Shown piece after piece: positions 16,580 through 26,183 of a stretch of 47,240 nucleotides of DNA. The DNA is from a virus, in UHGV virus genome UHGV-0111354. One strand, written 5' to 3'. The translations under genes and the position numbers were made by a program. Position 1 is the first letter of the stretch. Every line of letters starts with the position of its first letter. The notes under the pieces were generated by a model, which ran no database searches, was not told where the DNA came from, and saw only the letters and a list, made by a program, of their open reading frames with translations.

Positions 16580-18586
16580 CTATGTGAAATTGATGATGAA
16601 ATTATCGATATCAATCACCGCGCCTTCACGGCAGCGGATAGATACTTCACAATATTCGGCTCCCTGTGGTACTCGACCTTGTATGAATTGTCCCACAGAT
16701 TGCCACCCGCTCGGAGTATTAGTGAAAGAACTACTTGCACCCGATTGGATCGATTTGCCAGCCCTGTCGTAGAACGTAACGGTTAGTGCTCCCGCCGTCG
16801 TCCCTGTACCGGCGGTTATGGTATTGACTTGACACGTGGTCCTGTAATAACCATGTTGCGTTACTTTTACTTTTTGGTCCAGGAAACAACTTGACGACCC
16901 GGACGATGTCATTCTCGCTCCATAGACACCTGTTTTCTTGTATTCCGTACCTACTACGCACGTTTGAGTGCTGACTCCCGTGTTGTTAAATGTCCACGAT
17001 GATAAATCACCGGACTCAAAGCCGGGATTCAATGTTGGGTTTAGCGATTTATGAAGTGGGATATTCCCGGCACCAGAACGGATATCGCCGATACAATGAC
17101 TCGCCGTAACATACCCGTCACCCTCAACAAAAGTTCTCAACCCTTCTTCCCCGTTCTGGAAGGGATAGTCATTCCCCGGCGTTTTGACGAGAGTGATGTC
17201 GATGAAGGCATTTTCCCCTACGTAGAATAACGGTTTCGTTTGTAGCGACGGGTTATTACACACAAGTGTACACCCATTAAGGATGAGTCGCGCCGCAATT
17301 CCTGTTACTTCTCCGTAGCGATACCACGCTGACGCCCCTGGATTTTCAATATTAGCCGCCGAATCCAAGATGACCATAGCACCATTCCCCGTTATCTTAA
17401 TCGGGGTATTTAACACTGATGTACCAGGCATCCCAATGGCAAAACTCGCACATTCCACAAGTATCGGACATCCTTTCATGTCGAATATTTTGCAATTTTG
17501 GAAAGTAATTGACTCTCCGGAGTCCGAAAGACCGGCTGGGAAGTGCATCGCATATGTGCCTCCGGTTGACTCCATCATGAATCCACAATTGATGAATTTA
17601 TAACGCCAGGTACTATTGGAGCCCCCTAAAACGATATCAGCAGTGGAAAACATGCAGTTTTCGATCTTACAGTCGCCATTATAGGTGCCGTTGCTGGAAT
17701 CGTTATTGTTTCCAGTTAGCAGCAACCGCTGACCAATACCTTTGACCGAGCTTTTAAATTTTATACCGCGCATGGCTGTACAGTGGTTCTCTGACCCAGC
17801 GGGATATGGGCGACTGGAATGAACCCATAAACAGTAAGGGGCAGTACAACCTGTAAAGTCAATATAGGCGATGCCATTGGGGCTCTCGAAAGAATAGTAC
17901 CCTAAATCTACTTCCAAACCTTGCGACCCAGTTACATAATAGGTTTTCCCCGCCTGTAACACCACATTGACTTTGTTGGACTTCGCATAAGATAGCGCCG
18001 ACTGGAGCTGTTCTGTGTCAGTGCCTGGTAAATCCTCCGGCATTATAAACTTAGTTCTTCTGTTAAAAATCTCTATATAATTGTCAAGCTGAGTACCATC
18101 GGAATGGGTTATCAGCGAAGTACCGGGAATCGCGGACGATGCCAGGTTTTGTCGCAGTAACTGATCCGTACGTGGCCTCCAGTTGACATCGGATAGTGGA
18201 TCTGTGTCTGGGGGCACAACGTGTGGTAACGTACCCACCCATGAATACCAGTTATTGTCCGCCGGGTTGTACACTGCTTTATTGCGATCTGTAGTATCAA
18301 GTGTGCCACCGGTACCGAAGTCGAAACTACTCGGTTCGAATGTCGAATTCATTAGCGCATCAATTGCTGATGCTGCCGATGCTGCGGCGTCAGCAGCCGA
18401 ACTAGAAGCACTATTTGCACTATTAAGTGAATTCGTAGCACTGCCTGCAGCGGCGGTAGCTGAAGCCGATGCACTCGATACAGCCGCCGATGCGGCGGCT
18501 CTCAAATCATCAACTTGCCGGAAGTTATCATCCAGTTCGTCCCACGTTAAGGGTCGACCTAGGTCTGCACGTTTGATAATGGTCAT
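16580..18586 (-). CDS. Tail spike/fibre with Ala/Ser-rich N-terminal coiled region and a Cys/Gly-rich central region suggestive of beta-helix tailspikes
   Basis: 668 aa. AAASAAVSSASASATAAAGSATNSLNSANSASSSAADAAASAASA near the N-terminus. The beta-helix fold is inferred from composition only. 4-nt overlap with the baseplate J-like gene. Confidence 0.5.
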   Translation of the reverse strand: MTIIKRADLGRPLTWDELDDNFRQVDDLRAAASAAVSSASASATAAAGSATNSLNSANSASSSAADAAASAASAIDALMNSTFEPSSFDFGTGGTLDTTDRNKAVYNPADNNWYSWVGTLPHVVPPDTDPLSDVNWRPRTDQLLRQNLASSAIPGTSLITHSDGTQLDNYIEIFNRRTKFIMPEDLPGTDTEQLQSALSYAKSNKVNVVLQAGKTYYVTGSQGLEVDLGYYSFESPNGIAYIDFTGCTAPYCLWVHSSRPYPAGSENHCTAMRGIKFKSSVKGIGQRLLLTGNNNDSSNGTYNGDCKIENCMFSTADIVLGGSNSTWRYKFINCGFMMESTGGTYAMHFPAGLSDSGESITFQNCKIFDMKGCPILVECASFAIGMPGTSVLNTPIKITGNGAMVILDSAANIENPGASAWYRYGEVTGIAARLILNGCTLVCNNPSLQTKPLFYVGENAFIDITLVKTPGNDYPFQNGEEGLRTFVEGDGYVTASHCIGDIRSGAGNIPLHKSLNPTLNPGFESGDLSSWTFNNTGVSTQTCVVGTEYKKTGVYGARMTSSGSSSCFLDQKVKVTQHGYYRTTCQVNTITAGTGTTAGALTVTFYDRAGKSIQSGASSSFTNTPSGWQSVGQFIQGRVPQGAEYCEVSIRCREGAVIDIDNFIINFT

Positions 18587-19791
18587 ACGATAGTCACCGT
18601 GATGTTTGAGGTTGTCCAGCGGGATAATTCGTTAAACTTAATGGTAACATTCGCTGTGCCGCCATTCAACGTCATACTGTTAACGTAGCTGTTACCGTAT
18701 GAGCCAATGACTTTGTTAATAGGTGTGTAAAGTGAACTGTACGGGACTGTTTCACCGATATCAAACCCGTCCGGCTTAAAACCGTACTCTGTCGGAATTA
18801 GACCACCCGCAGCGTATTCCATGATGGCGTCCTGAATGAGTGGCTCAAGGGTCGCCTGAGACGGTAGCGTACCGTCATCTTTGATTTCGATGACCACCAC
18901 CATATCCACATACACGGGGCGACTGAATTTGATATCTTTGGTCATCGTGGGGTAAGTAGGCGACGTGACCGTGACTGTCACACCGGTTCCAGCCTGATAA
19001 AGTGCGACACCCGGGTTCTTTTTAAGGTAAATAGCCATCGCCACATCATCGTCCGTACCACCATCAACGATGGGCGCAATGCTGTGGCCGGGTTGACCAT
19101 TACTGTCAGTTGTGGCTTCGTCGTTCTCATAGACACGCACACGGCGTACACCATCCACATTGAACAGTTGTCCCAGCATTGAATCAACCTGGTTACTACC
19201 CGGCAGACCCACCGCCGTCGCTCGTTTAAGGCGTAATGACCCATCCGATTCGGCAGATGTACCGGGTGTTGCTGGAGTGGGGTTATTAACTGATAACAGC
19301 CCAGCAACCGTGTCCACGATGGTTGTGATAGTGTTGGCGTCCGCTTCGATTTCACCAACCGTGGTACAGGTGATATCGACCGTTGCGGTACCTGAACTAT
19401 CCAGTGTCCACGTCTGGTCAAGAGTAAATCGATAACCCGTCACAGACGACTCAAAGCGTGTACCCGCAGGAACCTGAGTACCGGCAACACCCGTTAACAC
19501 AAACCCTGTAACAGTGGACGCGGTACCTTCACTCCGGACGGTACCTGTCAGCGCACAAATCACATCGAGGTCGTAGCCGCTGGCTTTGTTAGGGTCTTTG
19601 GAGTTGTACGCCTGTTGTAACACTTCATCGAGCGCGGAGAAGATTTCAGCATCATGCGCCATCTTCAACCCATCGGGGGTGGACGGGTCAAGATTCCAGT
19701 TACTGTCGATATCCAGATACAACTGTTTTTCTTCGTCGAACCAGTCATTCTGTGATTTTACGCTATAGCCGGTACTGGTTAATTCAGCCAT
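18583..19791 (-). CDS. Baseplate J-like protein (P2 gpJ / Mu gp47 family)
   Basis: ICALTGTVRSEGTASTVTGFVLTGVAGTQVPAGTRFES matches the conserved Baseplate_J block (G..R..A..A.G.V.F.G..G..IPAGT). Gene order V-W-J. Confidence 0.55.
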   Translation of the reverse strand: MAELTSTGYSVKSQNDWFDEEKQLYLDIDSNWNLDPSTPDGLKMAHDAEIFSALDEVLQQAYNSKDPNKASGYDLDVICALTGTVRSEGTASTVTGFVLTGVAGTQVPAGTRFESSVTGYRFTLDQTWTLDSSGTATVDITCTTVGEIEADANTITTIVDTVAGLLSVNNPTPATPGTSAESDGSLRLKRATAVGLPGSNQVDSMLGQLFNVDGVRRVRVYENDEATTDSNGQPGHSIAPIVDGGTDDDVAMAIYLKKNPGVALYQAGTGVTVTVTSPTYPTMTKDIKFSRPVYVDMVVVIEIKDDGTLPSQATLEPLIQDAIMEYAAGGLIPTEYGFKPDGFDIGETVPYSSLYTPINKVIGSYGNSYVNSMTLNGGTANVTIKFNELSRWTTSNITVTIV

Positions 19792-20131
19792 TCTCGGTCA
19801 CCGTTAATAATCCGTAGGAGGTCAACACGCTGGCGGTGACCGTATAAGTTTTGTTGTCGATGTCAAAATCGGTACTAAAACTGGTTAACTGCAGGACACC
19901 CGGAGTACCGGAAATGCGTTCGCGGAGACGCGCTTCGCGGACATCCATGGAAGTTTGTTTGTTGAGCATCTCCTGAAACCACGGTGTGCCATCGGTCACA
20001 TCCCGGAAATACTCACCCAGAAACAGACGCAGACGGGTACGTATCGTCTGTTCTATTTCCAGTTGTTCGGTGATGAACATCGAACCCTGGGTAACGATGT
20101 CACCATCTTCATCTAATTTACGTACTGTCAT
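19784..20131 (-). CDS. Baseplate wedge protein, gpW/gp25-like
   Basis: 115 aa, sitting between the V-like spike and the J-like gene as in P2/Mu. Weak sequence recognition. Confidence 0.35.
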   Translation of the reverse strand: MTVRKLDEDGDIVTQGSMFITEQLEIEQTIRTRLRLFLGEYFRDVTDGTPWFQEMLNKQTSMDVREARLRERISGTPGVLQLTSFSTDFDIDNKTYTVTASVLTSYGLLTVTENG

Positions 20132-20805
20132 CAGTTATTCGGCCCCGTATTAGAACCACCGGAAGCAACGCCGCCATGGGTGTGACCATTGAGTTCTTTG
20201 CCATCCAGCACCAGAGAATTCAGAGCGGTGATGTTCCCGTCTTTATCAATGGTTACACCATTGATGCTCACTGTGCCGTTTGCAAGAAGTTTGACGTTGC
20301 CGTTCCCATTAGCCATTATGCACGAACCATCACCCTTTAACCAGACGTACTGTGACGCGTCGGCATTGCGCAAGCGTATCCCATCGTTAGAAAAACTTGC
20401 AATCAGGTTATCAAGTGAACGAATTCCCGGTACAAACATTGCGTCCTGTTTGTGGTGAAAGCGTTTAACAGGATTAGCAGCAATGCCACCGGTCTGCTTC
20501 CATCCATCAATGCAACGTTGACTAAAATGTACCATGCCCTCACAACCCGGATTGACGGCAAATTCCAGTACGAAGTCATCGCCCGGGAAACTTACGGGAA
20601 CGTCCACGATGGGTGGTGGGTCAAACGTAGTTTTAGCGACATCATCTGTCCGGGTGATCCCCAGTTGAATCTGCGCACGCTGTGTGTCCGGGTCAAATGT
20701 CAGTACGTAACCCGGAATGCATGTGTACACGTCTTTCATGTTCTCGAAAAACGTGTCATTGGTGACGTTCTGTAAAAACGAGCGGCGCTGGTTAATGTCG
20801 GTCAT
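20131..20805 (-). CDS. Baseplate central spike (gpV/gp45-like: OB-fold + C-terminal beta-helix with HxH apex motif)
   Basis: RBS AGGAGGGCGAC-ATG (start 20805; ORF open to 20847). C-terminal NGNGNVKLLANGTVSINGVTIDKDGNITALNSLVLDGKELNGHTHGG with GHTH resembles the metal-binding spike tip. Confidence 0.45.
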   Translation of the reverse strand: MTDINQRRSFLQNVTNDTFFENMKDVYTCIPGYVLTFDPDTQRAQIQLGITRTDDVAKTTFDPPPIVDVPVSFPGDDFVLEFAVNPGCEGMVHFSQRCIDGWKQTGGIAANPVKRFHHKQDAMFVPGIRSLDNLIASFSNDGIRLRNADASQYVWLKGDGSCIMANGNGNVKLLANGTVSINGVTIDKDGNITALNSLVLDGKELNGHTHGGVASGGSNTGPNN

Positions 20806-21067
20806 GTCGCCCTCCTGTGAAAATAATGTCAAGTATACTATTGACACTCACGTCAAACAATGTAATTATTTATTCGCAGGCATATAGCACATGTGTCTTT
20901 AGCGGTCCGGGGTGTTCCTTTCCTTGCATCAGCGGGTAGCCGGAATGTGTAGCCAAGTGTACACTGAGCGGTTGGTCACCGCGGCGGTTCGACCAATATA
21001 ACGGTTTAGAGTTTAGATGACGTTTAACCTGTAAACCGTGCTCTCTCTGTTGTGCTCCTGCATGTTT

Positions 21068-21093
21068 GCCCCGTACTCCGGGGCTTTTTTTTT
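21068..21093 (+). terminator. Strong plus-strand intrinsic terminator GCCCCG tactc CGGGGC + T9, in a region where all annotated genes are on the minus strand
   Basis: Seen in sequence. The minus-strand reading has an A-run before the hairpin, so it is not a minus terminator. Confidence 0.55.
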
Positions 21094-21742
21094 ACAAATC
21101 CAAAAGTGTCGTAACCTGATTGGCGACATTCGTTGCGGCTGTCTTCACATTAATGTAGCCACGCTCAATCAGTCCGGATATGGATGTGCTGGAAACGTCG
21201 TTGCTGTTCAGCTGATACTGTGCCGGTTGTGAACCGTTAGCCACGCGGTCAAGTGTGACAATCTGTTGCAGTTCAGCAACAAATATCAGTCCGTTCTCAT
21301 TCTCCGGGTCTTTGGAGCGCCCGATACGCTGAATGACCATATTGTTCAGCGTAATTTCACCCGTATCTACTGTGAACACCTGTCCGGAGTACATGAAATC
21401 GAGCAAAGTGTTCAGTGTCGTACTGGAGCGAGTTTCATTCGAGCCGCTCAACCACCCCGCGAACAGACCCGCGCCCGCGGCAATAAACGGATTGTCATCG
21501 ACGAGATTTGTCAACGCCCCGGTGAAATCAGTGATACTAACTTTCAATGGGTTATTCGATACCGCACCCGTCATCGTGTAACGAATAGGCTGATAAATGA
21601 TGTGGTCCGCAATTGGCGTACCTGTCTCAATGGGGTACTGTACGATATCCACGCTGGCGTCAAGGTCATCAGACAGGACAGCATCGAACTGAAGCGACCC
21701 AAGCTGTGGACCGCGCTTTACCAGAAGGTTAATTAAACTCAT
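21092..21742 (-). CDS. Baseplate/tail structural protein (unassigned)
   Basis: 216-aa ORF. 4-nt overlap with the upstream SLT-domain gene. Confidence 0.35.
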   Translation of the reverse strand: MSLINLLVKRGPQLGSLQFDAVLSDDLDASVDIVQYPIETGTPIADHIIYQPIRYTMTGAVSNNPLKVSITDFTGALTNLVDDNPFIAAGAGLFAGWLSGSNETRSSTTLNTLLDFMYSGQVFTVDTGEITLNNMVIQRIGRSKDPENENGLIFVAELQQIVTLDRVANGSQPAQYQLNSNDVSSTSISGLIERGYINVKTAATNVANQVTTLLDL

Positions 21743-23163
21743 AACATGTACGCCTTACCTTGTCTGAATCGTTCCTCAACACGCCGCCACACGTCACCAA
21801 CAGTAATGTAACCTTTATGGTCCGTGTCAAGCCCTGCGTTCTGATTGTACGCTGTAGAAGGTGATGAATACATCACGGTTGTGGAAGGTTTACCGATGAA
21901 TGCCGGACTGAATACAGCCATGTACACATCGCCCATTGTTTTGTAACGCCCTTTATACTGGTTGAGATAATCAGTAATTGGACCTCTCACCTGTTCGGCT
22001 GCGGTCATTGACAGGATGACATTTTTATTGCGTCCGTACTTACTCTGAAACGCACTTGTCCATCCGGTATTAGTAAACTGAAGCAGGCCCACCGCACCAG
22101 ATTTGCTGTTCTTTGATTGCGGATTGAAGTTAGACTCCGCAGAGATTACAGCCATAATCCAGTTAGGACTGATACCCAGACTTTGTCCTAGTTTACGTAC
22201 CTCGGTGCGGAAATCCTGCTGCTGACTGGCATCCTCACCCTGCACACCAACACGCCCGTAAATAAGACGATTGCCGACATCACTGTTTGTCGTGGTGATA
22301 TCCATTGACCCGGCGCGCACAGCTTTGACAAACGTGTACCAGTCGGGACCGTGTGTATCGCCAGTATGCTGAATGGTCTGAACGTTCCAGTCACCTTCCA
22401 GTTTAGCGTCAACGGTTGTCTGGAACTCCACCGCGCCGAAATCGAATTTAGGCCATTTCGATTCAATATTGAGCACCGATGCAGGTGTCATACGGGGATC
22501 AAGACGCATTTTAACGTCACAGAATACGCCATCAATGCCGCCGTGAAGCGTTGGCGCATCAATCATCCCGGTCGCAGAACTGATTTTGATGGGGGTGGCT
22601 TTACGGTCATCAGATGGAAATCCGACAAACACTTGACCAGCGTATAAATGCCATTCGAAGCCATACGCTTTAGCCAGGGTGTCAAGTTCCTTACTGATAT
22701 CGGAGCTGACGTTGTAACCGCCAGCCATGACAATAGAGGTAAATTTGTCCTCACTATTGACAAGATATAACGGCTTCGACCAGTCCTGTGCGAGACTGGT
22801 TAAGACGTCAAACAATGTCACGCCCTTACCGAAACTTGCACTCGTTGTCCCACCGTCGAGCACATTGCTACCGCTGCGACACGTCACACGTGTGATGATG
22901 TCGGTACCGTCACGAATGGTGAAAACGTTGGTAACAAATCCAGTAAAAATCTGACCAATGCGCGACTGATACCCGGCGCGAAAAACAACGGTCTGATTCG
23001 GTTCAATCTTCGTTGTTGACGCAAGGTTCCACAAACGAAATTCACAGGTACTGAGGCTGTCGCCGGTATACGTTGTCACATCGAACGAGCACCGGAGCAT
23101 CGGGTACGACTGAGTGATGAAATTCTTTGTGTCAATGAGTATTTCATACTGGCGCAAATCCAT
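21739..23163 (-). CDS. Tail/baseplate hub protein with C-terminal lytic transglycosylase (SLT) domain
   Basis: LGISPNWIMAVISAESNFNPQSKNSKSGAVGLLQFTNTGW carries the SLT signature (ES ... GLMQ-like, AY-motif region). Confidence 0.6.
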   Translation of the reverse strand: MDLRQYEILIDTKNFITQSYPMLRCSFDVTTYTGDSLSTCEFRLWNLASTTKIEPNQTVVFRAGYQSRIGQIFTGFVTNVFTIRDGTDIITRVTCRSGSNVLDGGTTSASFGKGVTLFDVLTSLAQDWSKPLYLVNSEDKFTSIVMAGGYNVSSDISKELDTLAKAYGFEWHLYAGQVFVGFPSDDRKATPIKISSATGMIDAPTLHGGIDGVFCDVKMRLDPRMTPASVLNIESKWPKFDFGAVEFQTTVDAKLEGDWNVQTIQHTGDTHGPDWYTFVKAVRAGSMDITTTNSDVGNRLIYGRVGVQGEDASQQQDFRTEVRKLGQSLGISPNWIMAVISAESNFNPQSKNSKSGAVGLLQFTNTGWTSAFQSKYGRNKNVILSMTAAEQVRGPITDYLNQYKGRYKTMGDVYMAVFSPAFIGKPSTTVMYSSPSTAYNQNAGLDTDHKGYITVGDVWRRVEERFRQGKAYML

Positions 23164-23165
23164 TC

Positions 23166-24617
23166 TCAGTAACTCCTTTGCCGGGTCTGGTCAATTGCCT
23201 GTGGATACACCTGTGTCTCAAGATGATTTACGGTATAACGGCCAATTGCGTTACCGTCCAGTATTACGTCGCCCTGTGTGGTGAAATTACCGTTAAGCTG
23301 AATCGGACGGTTTATGGACTCCATAATCTGACTCATCTGCCGACTTTGCTGCGCATAGTTATCAGTCACCGGACTCACTTCGGCACCGTATGAACCGTCG
23401 TTAACCGGAGATGAATTCTCCCGCTGTGGAAGCTGTTCGGTATTCGTCGTGTTATTGACGATGTTGTTATTGGCCGGGTTATACAGTGAATTATTTCGAC
23501 GTAATGCGGAGAGTGTGTCATCATCTACCGTTCTGTTATCAGAATTGTTGACCCAATTCTCCCGCTTTGCCCAGAACGGTGTACCACCCCAGGCAGGAGT
23601 TTCGACGGTGGATGATTTGTTATTAATTGTCGCATCATTGGCATTTGCACCCAAGTTGTTAATCCAGTCATCCATTTTCTTAATCCACGGGATAGACTGC
23701 ATTGCATTTTCATACGCCTTATACAACCCATGTTCGGATACATCTTCGCCAAAGGAGCTGGTTTTCAACCAGTTATCGAATCTACCTACTACACTGGATA
23801 TGGTATTACTCAGACTGGTAATATCTGGTACGAGCATGTCTGCAATCGTGTTACCCAGACTCTCGAACTTTTGTTGAGTGTCAATTATGGTCTGGTTGAT
23901 TGCGTTCAGCGCGGCATTATGTTTCTCGGTGTACCCCATTTCAGCGGCACGGGCTTTTGATGCTTCCAGCGTTGTAGCGCCGAACTCCTGCCATACTCTG
24001 ACGGTGGCCGGGTCGAGACCTAAAACCTCCGCTACGTTGCTCTGGCGCGTCGTATCGAGGCGCTGGAACTGTCCTGCGATGTCGCTGTAAATATCTTCGC
24101 GTGTACGCCCCGTGGGGTTATCGACACGAATTCCCGCAACTGCCAGTTGCTGAATCATCCCGGCGTCACCGGTCTGAATACGGTTAATCCCACGTTCAAT
24201 ATTTAAAAGACTGTTTGTCGTTGCTTGCCGGTCGCCGCCACGCTGTTCGGCCAGCGCACCAAGTCCATAAACCTCAGTTGGTCCGAACTGACTGGTTACA
24301 AGCTGGTTGTTCAGGTCGTAAGCCTGTTGCGCTTTCTTCGACTCAAACGCCCACGCTGCGCCGACACCCGCGGCAACACCGGACATCGCAAGTCCGGCAG
24401 CTTTGAAAGTGGTGACCAGACTCATAATGCGTGATTTTGAATTTTCTACACCGGTTTTAACACCCTTGTCGAGCGACTTGCCGACATCGTCCATCTGACT
24501 ACCGGCTTTCTCCGCCGATTTTCCGAGATTATTAATGTCTTTTTCAGCCTGTTCAGCAGCTTTACCATCGTAAGAGATGCCGAGACCGACCAGAAACTGC
24601 GTAATCACATTAGCCAT
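23166..24617 (-). CDS. Tape measure protein (short, 483 aa)
   Basis: Helical low-complexity protein. Lies directly downstream of the chaperone genes and upstream of the baseplate genes. KAAG/VAAG small-residue repeats. Confidence 0.5.
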   Translation of the reverse strand: MANVITQFLVGLGISYDGKAAEQAEKDINNLGKSAEKAGSQMDDVGKSLDKGVKTGVENSKSRIMSLVTTFKAAGLAMSGVAAGVGAAWAFESKKAQQAYDLNNQLVTSQFGPTEVYGLGALAEQRGGDRQATTNSLLNIERGINRIQTGDAGMIQQLAVAGIRVDNPTGRTREDIYSDIAGQFQRLDTTRQSNVAEVLGLDPATVRVWQEFGATTLEASKARAAEMGYTEKHNAALNAINQTIIDTQQKFESLGNTIADMLVPDITSLSNTISSVVGRFDNWLKTSSFGEDVSEHGLYKAYENAMQSIPWIKKMDDWINNLGANANDATINNKSSTVETPAWGGTPFWAKRENWVNNSDNRTVDDDTLSALRRNNSLYNPANNNIVNNTTNTEQLPQRENSSPVNDGSYGAEVSPVTDNYAQQSRQMSQIMESINRPIQLNGNFTTQGDVILDGNAIGRYTVNHLETQVYPQAIDQTRQRSY

Positions 24618-24913
24618 TATTCAGGCACCCACAGAAGATGGTTGTCAACGCCGAGGTTGTCAATGGTTACCTCATCGCCCACAAAGAAGAAGCGACCCAG
24701 TCCGGCGCGGTATGCTTTACTGACCTCAGCATTTGGGACAAGCATTGCACCGGTGATGTAGTTGATACCATCCTGTGAGACAGTCATTGTCCACGCGGGC
24801 TTGTCGGTATAGCTGATGTAATCCAGCGCAAAGTCGAGAACGTTGTCGCCCAGCTTGACCGTGAAGGTCTGATGGGCGTTGGACGCACCGTTATTTAGGG
24901 GAATTTCTTGCAT
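24617..24913 (-). CDS. Small beta-rich virion protein
   Basis: 98-aa ORF. Its start region is overlapped by the predicted -1 frameshift extension of the upstream chaperone. Confidence 0.3.
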   Translation of the reverse strand: MQEIPLNNGASNAHQTFTVKLGDNVLDFALDYISYTDKPAWTMTVSQDGINYITGAMLVPNAEVSKAYRAGLGRFFFVGDEVTIDNLGVDNHLLWVPE

Positions 24914-25099
24914 TGTTTATCGCCTCAATATACTTACCCTGCAATTCATCCATCGCAAAGTGAAATTGTTCGACTTCAGCGAGCGATATTGTACCATCTT
25001 TTAACTGCGCCCATGTGCAAAGAGGTGGACACACCCCCTCGATACCCGTGCAAACCCGCATAAAGTACCAGTTGACCGGGCTTGGTCGCCCGGTGTCCC

Positions 25100-25474
25100 T
25101 TACTCGTCTTTGTTTGCGTTTTGCACGTAATCGAAAAAATCAGCGTAAACCCACAGAAACAATTCGGCCAGCAGCGTATTCAGCGTCATCATTTTACCGG
25201 GGAAATCATTCACCGTGATTTTCGTGTTGGTACCTGCTGTCATTGCTTTACTCAGAAGTACCTCAGCAATGCGTTGCTTGATATGATGCGGTACAGCGGT
25301 GAGCAACAGGGTTACATCTTTGACACCGAGTTCACCACCGTTTTTGTAAACGTTGGCGGCGTGTGCGATAAACTGTGCGCTCACCAGGGATAACAGTTCA
25401 TCCTGCTCAATTGCGGAAGGCATCGCGGCGTTCACGGTGATGTCGCCAGCGGTAAAAGTTTTAATGAGTGACAT
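25100..25474 (-). CDS. Tail assembly chaperone (gpG/gpE-like), with predicted -1 frameshift extension to about 24893
   Basis: 124 aa, positioned between sheath/tube and the tape measure. Slippery heptamer T-TTT-TTC 14 codons before the stop. The -1 frame is open for 83 further codons. Confidence 0.45.
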   Translation of the reverse strand: MSLIKTFTAGDITVNAAMPSAIEQDELLSLVSAQFIAHAANVYKNGGELGVKDVTLLLTAVPHHIKQRIAEVLLSKAMTAGTNTKITVNDFPGKMMTLNTLLAELFLWVYADFFDYVQNANKDE

Positions 25475-25534
25475 TGTTATTTCTCCGGTTGTTAGTCGTT
25501 ACAGTGTACACTTGACGAAATCATCAATCAATTG

Positions 25535-25565
25535 TTGACGGCTCCGTCAGTATGGTATAGAGTGT
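25535..25565 (+). promoter_or_regulatory. Moron promoter TTGACGgctcCGTCAG-...-TATAGA with about 70-bp conserved leader (copy A)
   Basis: Seen in sequence. Near-identical to 40076-40141. Confidence 0.55.
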
Positions 25566-25600
25566 ACGTGTTGGTTAAACATTATCACAGGGGATGAGAG

Positions 25601-25798
25601 ATGAGCATTAAGTTTGAGTACGCAACCAATGTCGAACCGTATGAACATGTCGTAAAGAAAGAGATGGCCAATGAATTGCTGGAGGCTCTCATAAAGTGCG
25701 CTGATGCACTTGATGAGGTTTCATACCAATCATGGTGCGGAGAAATCATTGATGAAGCCCGTGCAGCCATCGCCAAAGCAACAGGAGAGACAAAATGA
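25601..25798 (+). CDS. Small acidic protein
   Basis: 65-aa ORF with RBS GGGGATGAGAG-ATG. Confidence 0.4.
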   Translation: MSIKFEYATNVEPYEHVVKKEMANELLEALIKCADALDEVSYQSWCGEIIDEARAAIAKATGETK

Positions 25799-26067
25799 TT
25801 CGTGAACAAGACCGTAAAGCATGGCGCAAATTTAAAATTCAGTTGGTAGTTATCATGGCCGCAACAATTTACTGCAACAGTACCCACGCTGCACAGGGTG
25901 AGAAATTCCAGATATATGACGTGCAGACCGATACGATTTGCACGTATCATGAAAACGAATTTGGTTATGCGGAAAGTGACGACCCGGCGTATATGGGTAC
26001 CGGCGTTTGCTGGCGCAAAGACATGATGGATAAGGCAGACTTTCACATTCGGAGTAAAAGAAAATAA
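25795..26067 (+). CDS. Secreted/periplasmic small Cys-containing protein (signal peptide-like N-terminus)
   Basis: KFKIQLVVIMAATIYCNSTHAAQG hydrophobic leader, 4 Cys in the mature region. ATGA coupling with the upstream ORF. Confidence 0.35.
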   Translation: MIREQDRKAWRKFKIQLVVIMAATIYCNSTHAAQGEKFQIYDVQTDTICTYHENEFGYAESDDPAYMGTGVCWRKDMMDKADFHIRSKRK

Positions 26068-26183
26068 CTAAGGGGTCAATTGTGATCAATCACATCGTTA
26101 ATCGTGACCATGAATAAATCGATTTGAACGGGTCGTGATTTTTATCGAAACTACACTCACACGAACAAGAGGGGAGAACAGAG

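Noticed and set aside
20955-21005. tRNA-like GGTTCGA T-loop-like motif in the 20.9-21.0 kb intergenic region
   Set aside because: Could not build a cloverleaf around it. There is no 7-nt T-loop with a 5-bp stem, and no acceptor/anticodon arms or CCA context. Treated as part of the candidate sRNA region rather than a tRNA.
25512-25530. Additional TTGACG hexamer at 25512 with partial partner (TTGACGaaatcaTCAA)
   Set aside because: The right half-site is poorly matched. Counted only as a possible weak upstream site of the 25535 promoter, not as a family member.
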